From Eledone cirrhosa (Eukaryota), in assembly GCA_964016885.1 (NCBI GenBank), contig OZ024744.1, positions 11,656,001 through 11,720,000 of the forward strand: DNA of 64,000 bases. Direction: 5' to 3'. The notes beneath the pieces were generated by a model. It was not told the DNA's origin and did not search any database. It saw only the letters and a list, made by a program, of their open reading frames with translations. This document shows positions 54,301-64,000 of this stretch, in pieces. Positions within the stretch are counted from its first letter, which is position 1. The number at the start of each line of letters is the position of its first letter. The position numbers were made by a program, and so were the translations under genes.

Positions 54301-57300
54301 ATGTTGTGTTGTTGTACTCCAATATGTTGTGTTGTTGTACTCCAATATGCCATGTTGTTATACTCCAATATGTCGTGGTGTTGTACTCCAATATGTCATG
54401 TTGTTGTACTCCAATATTTCGTGTTGTTGTACTCCAATATGTCATAGGGGTTGTACTCCAATATGGTGTGTTGTTGTACTCCAATATGCTGTGTTGCTGT
54501 ACTCCAATAGGTTGTGTTGTTGTACTCCAATATGCTGTGTTGGCTGTGCTCCAATACGTTGTGTTGTTGTACTCCAATATGTTGTGCTGCTGTACTCCAA
54601 TATGTTGTGTTGTTGTACTCCAATATGTTGTGTTGTTGTACTCCAATATGTTGTGTTGTTGTACTCCAATCTATATCGCTGTTGTACTCCAATATGTTGT
54701 GTTGTTGTACTCCAATATGTTGTGCTGTTGTACTCCAATATGTTGTGCTGTTGTACTCCAATATTTTGTGCTGTTATACTCCAATATATTGTGTTGTTAT
54801 ACACCAATATGTTGTGTTGTTGTACTCCAAAATATTGTGTTGTTATACTCCAATATGTTGTGTTGTTATACTCCAATATGTTGTGCTGTTATACTCCAAT
54901 ATGTTGTGTTGTTGTACTCCAATATGTTGTGCTGTTATACTCCAATATTTTGTGTTGTTATACTCCAATATGTGGTATTGTTGTACTCCAATATGTTGTG
55001 CTGTTGTACTCCAATATGTTGTGTTGTTATACTCCAACATGTTGTGTTGTTATACTCCAATATGTTGTGTTGTTATACTCGAATATGTTGTGTTGTTATA
55101 CTCGAATATCTTGTGTTGTTATACTCGAATATGTTATGTTGTTGTACTCCAATATGTCATGTTGTTGTACTCCAATATGTTTTGATGTTGTACTCCAATA
55201 TGTTCTGTTGTTGTACTCCAATATGTTTTGATGTTGTACTCCAATATGTTGTGTTGTTGTACTCCAATATGTTGTGTAGTCGTACTCCAATATGTTGTGT
55301 TGTTGTACTCCAATATGCTGTGATGTTGTACTCCAATATGATGTGCTGTTGTACTCCAATGCGTTGTGTTGTTGTACTCCAATATGCTGTGTTGTTATAC
55401 TCCAATATGTTGTGTTGTTATACTCCAATATGTTGTGTTGTTATACTCCAATATGTTGTGTTGTTTTACTCCAATATGTTGTATTGTTGATCTCCAATAT
55501 GTCATATTATACTCCAATAAGTTGTGTTCTTGTACTCCAATATGTGTTGTTGTTGTACTCCAATATGTTGCGTTGTTGTACTCCAATATATCATGTTGTC
55601 GTACTCCAATATGTCATGTTATACTCCAATATGTTTTGATGCTGTACTCCAATATGTTGTGTTGTTGTACTACAATATGTTGTGTTGTTGTACTCCAATA
55701 TGTTGTGTTGTTATACTCCAATATGTTGTGCTGTTGTACTCCAATATGTTGTGTTGTTATACTCCAATATGTAGTGTTGTTATACTCCAATATGTTATGT
55801 TGTTGTACTCCAATCTGTTGTGTTGTTATACTCCAATATATTGTGTTGTTATACTCCAATATGTTGTGTTGTTTTACTCCAATATGTTGTGTTGTTGTAC
55901 TCCAATATGTTGTATTGTTGTTCTCCAATATGTCATGTTATACTCCAATAAGTTGTGTTCTTGTACTCCAATATGTTGTGTAGTTGTACTCCAATATGTT
56001 GTGTTGTTGTACTCCAATATATCATGTTGTCGTACTCCAATATGTCATGTTATACTCCAATGTGTCATTGTTGTACTCCAATATGTCGTGTTGTTGTACT
56101 CCAATATGTCGTGTTGTTGGACTCCAATATGTTGTGTTGTTGTACTCCAATATGTTGTGTTGTTGTACTCCAATATGTTGTGTTGTTATACTCCAATATG
56201 TTATGTTGTTGTACTCCAATATGTCATGTTGTTGTACTCCAATATGTTTTGATTTTGTACTCCAATATGTCGTGTTGTTATACTCCAATATGTTATGATG
56301 TTGTACTCCAATATATTGTGTTACTCCAATATTTCCAATATGCCATGTTGTTATACTCCAATAGGTTGTGTTGTTGTACTCCAATATGTCATAGGGGTTG
56401 TACTCCAATATGGTGTGTTGTTGTACTCCAATATGCTGTGTTGCTGTACTCCAATAGGTTGTGTTGTTGTACTCCAATATGCGGTGTTGGCTGTGCTCCA
56501 ATACGTTGTGTTGTTGTACTCCAATATGTTGTGCTGCTGTACTCCAATATGTTGTGTTGTTGTACTCCAATATGTTGTGTTGTTGTACTCCAATATGTTG
56601 TGTTGTTGTACTCCAATCTATATCGCTGTTGTACTCCAATATGTTGTGTTGTTGTACTCCAATATGTTGTGCTGTTGTACTCCAATATGTTGTGATGTTG
56701 TACTCCAATATTTTGTGCTGTTATACTCCAATATATTGTGTTGTTATACTCCAATATGTTGTGTTGTTGTACTCCAAAATATTGTGTTGTTATACTCCAA
56801 TATGTTGTGTTGTTATACTCCAATATGTTGTGCTGTTATACTCCAATATGTTGTGTTGTTGTACTCCAATATGTTGTGCTGTTATACTCCAATATTTTGT
56901 GTTGTTATACTCCAATATGTGGTATTGCTGTACTCCAATATGTTGTGCTGTTGTACTCCAATATGTTGTGTTGTTATACTCCAACATGTTGTGTTGTTAT
57001 ACTCCAATATGTTGTGTTGTTATACTCGAATATGTTGTGTTGTTATACTCGAATATCTTGTGTTGTTATACTCGAATATGTTGTGCTGTTGTACTCCAAT
57101 ATGTCGTGTTGTTGTACTCCAATATATCATGTAGTTGTACTCCAATATTTCGTGTTGTTGTACCCCAATATGTAGTGTTGTTTATACTCCAATATGTTTT
57201 GCTGTTGTACTCCAATATGTTGTGTTGCTGTACTCCTATATGTTGTGTTGTTATTCTCCAATATGTTGTGTTGTTATACTCCAATGTGTTGTGTTGTTAT

Positions 57301-60300
57301 ACTCCAATATGTTGTGTTGTTGTAGTCCAATATGTTGTGTTGTCGTACTCCAATATGTTGTGTTGTTATACTCCAATATTTCGTGTGGTTGTACTCCAAT
57401 ATGTCATGGTGTTGTACTTCAATATGTCGTGTTGTTGTACTCCAATATGTTGTCTTGCTGTACTCCAATATGTTGTGTTGTTGTACTCCAATATCTTGTG
57501 TTCTTATACTCCAATATGTTGTGTTGTTATACTCCAATATGTTGTGTTGTTGTACTCCAATATGTTGTGCTGTTTTACTCCAATATGTTGTGTTGTTGTA
57601 CTCCAATATGTTGTATTATTTTTCTCCAATATGTCATGTTATACTCCAATAAGTTGTGTTCTTGTACTCCAATATGTTGTGTTGTTGTACTCCAATATAT
57701 CATGTTGTCGTACTCCAATATGTCATGTTATACTCCAATATGTCATTGGTGTACTCCAATATGTCGTGTTGTTGTACTCCAATATGTCGTGTTGTTGTAC
57801 TCCAATATGTTGTGTTGTTGTACTCCAATATGTTGTGTTGTTGTACTCCAATATGTTGTGTTGTTATACTCCAATATGTTATGTTGTTGTACTCCAATAT
57901 GTCATGTTGTTGTACTCCAATATGTTTTGATGTTGTACTCCAATATGTTGTGTTGTTGTACTCCAATATGTTTTGATGTTGTACTCCAATATGTTGTGTT
58001 GTTGTACTCCAATATGTTGTGTAGTCGTACTCCAATATGTTGTGTTGTTGTACTCCAATATGCTGTGATGTTGTACTCCAATATGATATGCTGTTGTACT
58101 CCAATGCGTTGTGTTGTTGTACTCCAATATGCTGTTTTGTTATACTCCAATATGTTGTGTTGTTGTACTCCAATATGTTGTGTTGTTGTACTCCAATATG
58201 TTGTGTTGTTGTAATCCAATATCTTGTGTTGTTATACTCCAATATGTTGTGCTGTTGTACTCCAATATGTTGAGTTGTTATACTCCAATATGTAGTGTTG
58301 TTATACTCCAATATGTTGTGTTGTTGTACTCCAATCTGTTGCGTTATACTCCAATATGTTGTGTTGTTATACTCCAATATGTTGTGTTGTTATACTCCAA
58401 TATGTTGTGTTGTTTTACTCCAATATGTTGTATTGTTGATCTCCAATATGTCATATTATACTCCAATAAGTTGTGTTCTTGTACTCCAATATGTGTTGTT
58501 GTTGTACTCCAATATGTTGCGTTGTTGTACTCCAATATATCATGTTGTCGTACTCCAATATGTCATGTTATACTCCAATATGTTTTGATGCTGTACTCCA
58601 ATATGTTGTGTTGTTGTACTACAATATGTTGTGTTGTTGTACTCCAATATGTTGTGTTGTTATACTCCAATATGTTGTGCTGTTGTACTCCAATATGTTG
58701 TGTTGTTATACTCCAATATGTAGTGTTGTTATACTCCAATATGTTGTGTTGTTGTACTCCAATCTGTTGTGTTGTTATACTCCAATATATTGTGTTGTTA
58801 TACTCCAATATGTTGTGTTGTTTTACTCCAATATGTTGTGTTGTTGTACTCCAATATGTTGTATTGTTGTTCTCCAATATGTCATGTTATACTCCAATAA
58901 GTTGTGTTCTTGTACTCCAATATGTTGTGTTGTTGTACTCCAATATGTTGTGTTGTTGTACTCCAATATATCATGTTGTCGTACTCCAATATGACATGTT
59001 ATACTCCAATATGTCGTTGTTATACTCCAATATGTCATGATGTTGTACTCCAATATGTCGTGTTCTTGTACTCCAATATGTCGTGTTGTCGTACTCCAAT
59101 ATGTTGTGTTGTTGTACTCCAATATGTTGTGCTGTTGTACTCCAATATGTTGTGTTGTTGTACTCCAATATGTTGTGTTGTTATACTCCAATATGTTGTG
59201 CTGTTGTACTCCAATATTTCGTGTTGTTGTACTCCAATACGTCGTGTTGTACTCCAATATGTTGTGTTGTTATACTCCAATATGTTGTTGTACTCCAATG
59301 TGTCTTGTTGTTGTACTCCAATATGTTTTGAAGTTGTACTCCAATATGTTGTGTTGTTGTACTCCAATATGTTTTGATGTTGTACTCCAATATGTTGTGT
59401 TGTTGTACTCCAATATGTTGTGTAGTCGTATTCCAATATGTTGTGTTGTTGTACTCTAATATGTTTTGTTGTTATTCTCCAATATGTTGTGATGTTGTAC
59501 TCCAATGTGTTGTGTTGTTGTACTCCAATGTGATGTGTTGTTGTACTCCAATATGTTGTGCTGTTGTACTCCAATATTTTTTGTTTTTTGTACTCCAATA
59601 TGTTGTGTTGTTATACTCCAATATGTTGTGTTGTTATACTCCAATATGGTGTGTTGTTGTACTCCAATATGTTGTATTGTTTTCTCCAATATGTCATGTT
59701 ATACTCCAATATGGTGTGTTCGTGTACTCCAATATGTTGTGTTATTGTACTCCAATATGTTGCGTTGTTGTACTCCAATATGTTGTGTTGTTATACTCCA
59801 ATATGTCGTGTGGCTGTACTCCAATATGTCATATTGTTGTACTCCAATATGTCTTGTTATAGTCCAATATGTCGTGTTGTTGTACTCCAATATATCATGT
59901 AGTTGTACTCCAATATTTCGTGTTGTTGTACCCCAATATGTAGTGTTGTTTATACTCCAATATGTTTTGCTGTTGTACTCCAATATGTTGTGTTGCTGTA
60001 CTCCTATATGTTGTGTTGTTATTCTCCAATATGTTGTGCTGTTGTACTCCAATGTGTTGTGTTGTTATACTCCAATGTGTTGTGTTGTTATACTCCAATA
60101 TGTTGTGTTGTTGTAGTCCAATATGTTGTGTTGTCGTACTCCAATATGTTGTGTTGTTATACTCCAATATTTCGTGTGGTTGTACTCCAGTATGTCATGG
60201 TGTTGTACTTCAATATGTCGTGTTGTTGTACTCCAATATGTTGTCTTGTTGTACTCCAATCTGTTGTATTGTTGTACTTCAATATGTTCTGTTGTTGTAC

Positions 60301-61420
60301 TCCAATATATTGTGTTGTTGTACTCCAACATGTTGTGTTGTTGTACTCCAATATGCTGTGTTGTTGTACTCCAATATGTTGTGTTGTTGTACTCCAATAT
60401 GTTGTGTTGTTGTACTCCAATATCTTGTGTTCTTATACTCCAATATGTTGTGTTGTTATACTCCAATATGTTGTGTTGTTGTACTCCAATATGTTGTGCT
60501 GTTGTACTCCAATATGATGTGCTGTTGTACTCCAATATGTTGTGTTGTTGTACTCCAATGTGTTGTGTTGTTGTACTCCAATATGTTGTGCCGTTGTACT
60601 CCAATATTTTTTTGTTTTTGTACTCCAAAATGTTGTGTTGTTATACTCCAATATGTTGTGTTGGTGTACTCCAATATGGTGTGCTGTTGTACTCCAAATC
60701 TCGTGTTGTTATACTCCAATGTGTTGTGTTGTTATACTCCAATATGGTGTGTTGTTGAACTCCAATATGTTGTATTGTTTTTCTCCAATATGTCATGTTA
60801 TACTCCAATATGTCGTGTTGCTGTACTCCAATATGTCATGCTGTTGTACTCCAATATGTTTTGCTGTTGTACTCCACCGTGTTGTGTTGTTGAACTCCAA
60901 TACGTTGTGTTGTTGTTCTCCAATATTTTGTGCTGTTGTACTCCAATTTGTGTTGTTGTACTCCAATATGTTGTGTTGTTGTACTCCAATATGTTGTGTT
61001 GTTGTACTCCAATATGTTGTGTTGTTATACTCCAATATGTTGTGCTGTTGTACTCCAATATTTCGTGTTGTTGTACTCCAATACGTCGTGTTGTTGTACT
61101 CCAATATGTTTTGATGTTGTACTCAAATATGTTGTGTTGTTGTACTCCAATATGTTTTGATGTTGTACTCCAATATGTTGTGTTGTTGTACTCCAATATG
61201 TTGTGTAGTCTTACTCCAATATGTTGTGTTGTTGTACTCCAATATGCTGTGATGTTGTACTCCAATATGATGTGATGTTGTACTCCAATGCGTTGTGTTG
61301 TTGTATTCCAATGTGATGTGTTGTTGTACTCCAATATGTTGTGCCATTGTACTCCAATATTTTTTATATTTGTACTCCAATATGTTGTGTTGTTATACTC
61401 CAATATGTTGTGCTGTTGTA
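42360..61420 (+). repeat. ~9.76-9.80-kb near-identical tandem duplication
   Basis: ORF offsets of 9804 (42484/52288), 9758 (44756/54514, 46703/56461) and 9757 (50146/59903). A distinctive out-of-register junction occurs at both 46568 and 56326. Confidence 0.92.
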
Positions 61421-63050
61421 CTCCAATATGTTGTGTTGTTATACTCCAATATGTAGTGTTGTTATACTCCAATATGTTGTGTTGTTGTACTCCAATCTGT
61501 TGTGTTGTTATACTCCAATATATTGTGTTGTTATACTCCAATATGTTGTGTTGTTTTACTCCAATATGTTGTGTTGTTGTACTCCAATATGTTGTATTGT
61601 TGTTCTCCAATATGTCATGTTATACTCCAATAAGTTGAGTTCTTGTACTCCAATATGTTGTGTTGTTGTACTCCAATATGTTGTGTTGTTGTACTCCAAT
61701 ATATCATGTTGTCGTACTCCAATATGACATGTTATACTCCAATATGTCGTTGTTATACTCCAATATGTCATGATGTTGTACTCCAATATGTCATGTTCTT
61801 GTACTCCAATATGTCGTGTTGTCGTACTCCAATATGTTGTGTTGTTGTACTCCAATATGTTGTGCTGTTGTACTCCAATATGTTGTGTTGTTGTACTCCA
61901 ATATGTTGTGTTGTTATACTCCAATATGTTGTGCTGTTGTACTCCAATATTTCGTGTTGTTGTACTCCAATACGTCGTGTTGTACTCCAATATGTTGTGT
62001 TGTTATACTCCAATATGTTGTTGTACTCCAATGTGTCTTGTTGTTGTACTCCAATATGTTTTGATGTTGTACTCCAATATGTTGTGTTGTTGTACTCCAA
62101 TATGTTTTGATGTTGTACTCCAATATGTTGTGTTGTTGTACTCCAATATGTTGTGTAGTCGTATTCCAATATGTTGTGTTGTTGTACTCCAATATGTTTT
62201 GTTGTTATTCTCCAATATGTTGTGATGTTGTACTCCAATGTGTTGTGTTGTTGTACTCCAATGTGATGTGTTGTTGTACTCCAATATGTTGTGCTGTTGT
62301 ACTCCAATATTTTTTGTTTTTTGTACTCCAATATGTTGTGTTGTTATACTCCAATATGTTGTGTTGTTATACTCCAATATGGTGTGTTGTTGTACTCCAA
62401 TATGTTGTATTGTTTTCTCCAATATGTCATGTTATACTCCAATATGGTGTGTTCGTGTACTCCAATATGTTGTGTTATTGTACTCCAATATGTTGCGTTG
62501 TTGTACTCCAATATGTTGTGTTGTTATACTCCAATATGTCGTGTGGCTGTACTCCAATATGTCATGTTGTTGTACTCCAATATGTCTTGTTATAGTCCAA
62601 TATGTCGTGTTGTTGTACTCCAATATATCATGTAGTTGTACTCCAATATTTCGTGTTGTTGTACCCCAATATGTAGTGTTGTTTATACTCCAATATGTTT
62701 TGCTGTTGTACTCCAATATGTTGTGTTGCTGTACTCCTATATGTTGTGTTGTTATTCTCCAATATGTTGTGCTGTTGTACTCCAATGTGTTGTGTTGTTA
62801 TACTCCAATGTGTTGTGTTGTTATACTCCAATATGTTGTGTTGTTGTAGTCCAATATGTTGTGTTGTCGTACTCCAATATGTTGTGTTGTTATACTCCAA
62901 TATTTCGTGTGGTTGTACTCCAGTATGTCATGGTGTTGTACTTCAATATGTCGTGTTGTTGTACTCCAATATGTTGTCTTGTTGTACTCCAATCTGTTGT
63001 ATTGTTGTACTTCAATATGTTCTGTTGTTGTACTCCAATATATTGTGTTG
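58650..63050 (+). repeat. 2733-bp offset duplication near the right end
   Basis: ORF offsets of 2733 (58823/61556, 59505/62238). The shared ATATGACATG variant occurs at ~58990 and ~61723. Confidence 0.82.
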
Positions 63051-63580
63051 TTGAACTCCAATACGTTGTGTTGTTGTTCTCCAATATTTTGTGCTGTTGT
63101 ACTCCAATTTGTGTTGTTGTACTCCAATATGTTGTGTTGTTGTACTCCAATATGTTGTGTTGTTGTACTCCAATATGTTGTGTTGTTATACTCCAATATG
63201 TTGTGCTGTTGTACTCCAATATTTCGTGTTGTTGTACTCCAATACGTCGTGTTGTTGTACTCCAATATGTTTTGATGTTGTACTCAAATATGTTGTGTTG
63301 TTGTACTCCAATATGTTTTGATGTTGTACTCCAATATGTTGTGTTGTTGTACTCCAATATGTTGTGTAGTCTTACTCCAATATGTTGTGTTGTTGTACTC
63401 CAATATGCTGTGATGTTGTACTCCAATATGATGTGATGTTGTACTCCAATGCGTTGTGTTGTTGTATTCCAATGTGATGTGTTGTTGTACTCCAATATGT
63501 TGTGCCATTGTACTCCAATATTTTTTATATTTGTACTCCAATATGTTGTGTTGTTATACTCCAATATGTTGTGCTGTTGT
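60880..63580 (+). repeat. 2161-bp offset duplication, with unit-A-type sequence resuming at the right edge
   Basis: ORF offsets of 2161 (60930/63091, 61123/63284). CAAAAGGCCA occurs again at 63834. Confidence 0.75.
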
Positions 63581-64000
63581 ACTCCAAATCTCGTGTTGTT
63601 ATACTCCAATGTGTTGTGTTGTTATACTCCAATATGGTGTGTTGTTGTAGTCCAATATGTTGTATTGTTTTTTTCCAATATGTCATGTTATACTCCAATA
63701 TGTTGTGTTCGTGTACTCCAATATGTTGTGTTATTGTACTCCAATATGTTGCGTTGTTGTACTCCAATATGTTGTGTTGTTATACTCCAATATATTGTGT
63801 TGTTGTACTCCAATATGTTGTCTTGTTGTACTCCAAAAGGCCATGTTATCGTACTCCAATATGTCTTGTTATACTCCAATATGTCGTGTGGCTGTACTCC
63901 AATATGTCATGTTGTTGTACTCCAATATGTCTTGTTATAGTCCAATATGTCGTGTTGTTGTACTCCAATATGTCATGTAGTTGTATTCCAATATTTCGTG

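Larger units (their letters stand above)
1..64000 (+). repeat. 23-bp tandem satellite array, consensus TACTCCAATATGTTGTGTTGTTG, head-to-tail, extending beyond both window edges
   Basis: TACTCCAAT recurs about every 23 bp from position 1 to the end, with perfect consensus runs such as 44419-44579 (7 copies). Minor 18-, 20-, 21-, 22- and 24-bp length variants occur. No inverted block or non-satellite insertion was seen. Confidence 0.99.

Noticed and set aside
28660-56400. GGGG runs as G-quadruplex motifs
   Set aside because: They are single isolated G4 runs kilobases apart, with no clustered G-tracts.
36-63980. Hundreds of Cys/Val/Leu-rich (+) and Thr/Asn/Gln-rich (-) ORFs, up to 794 aa (53106-55490)
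   Set aside because: They overlap in all six frames with the same repeat peptide and have no unique domains. Non-triplet indels are frequent. They are fully explained by the stop-free 23-bp monomer.
1-64000. CRISPR-like look of a conserved core alternating with variable segments
   Set aside because: The conserved part is only about 10 bp, and the variable parts are ~12-bp mutated versions of one sequence rather than unique spacers. There is no leader and no cas gene.
1-64000. CCAAT boxes on the + strand and a GGAG Shine-Dalgarno-like motif on the - strand
   Set aside because: These are short motifs inherent to the monomer, with no promoter context or downstream gene, so they cannot be supported as regulatory sites.
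1-64000. Fungal RIP as the cause of frequent TG-to-TA variants
   Set aside because: Every consensus G follows a T, so the context is uninformative. The + strand CpA in CCAA is only rarely changed to TA, contrary to what RIP would predict.
1-64000. Rolling-circle or concatemer sequencing artefact, or a synthetic construct
   Set aside because: Variants are inherited in nested multi-kb blocks at several divergence levels, which random error on a single template would not produce. Exact HOR copy order could still be misassembled.
1-64000. Embedded transposon, tRNA/rRNA gene or inverted segment
   Set aside because: No non-satellite or reverse-orientation stretch was seen, and every ORF translation is the repeat peptide of its strand. 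A very short insertion could have been missed by eye.

Overview
The whole 64 kb window is one uninterrupted, single-orientation tandem array of a 23-bp monomer, consensus TACTCCAATATGTTGTGTTGTTG (about 2,800 copies, consensus about 35% GC, 11 of 23 bases T on the + strand). I found no unique sequence, credible gene, RNA gene, transposon or CRISPR spacer. The ORFs in the track are artefacts of a monomer with no stop codon in any frame and a length not divisible by 3. The real structure lies in the monomer variants, which define nested higher-order repeats (HORs). The left domain (~2-26 kb) is built from a 2506-bp unit A and a 3.2-3.3-kb unit B in the order A A B A B A A B A. The right domain (~26-64 kb) has ~10.2-10.4-kb, ~9.76-kb, 2.7-kb and 2.2-kb duplications. 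An older ~0.7-1.1-kb layer is visible under both. This most resembles eukaryotic satellite DNA (centromeric, pericentromeric or subtelomeric). I do not recognise the family or organism, and I see no gene-encoded novel system. HOR boundaries were read by eye and from ORF-track offsets, so they are approximate to within a few monomers.
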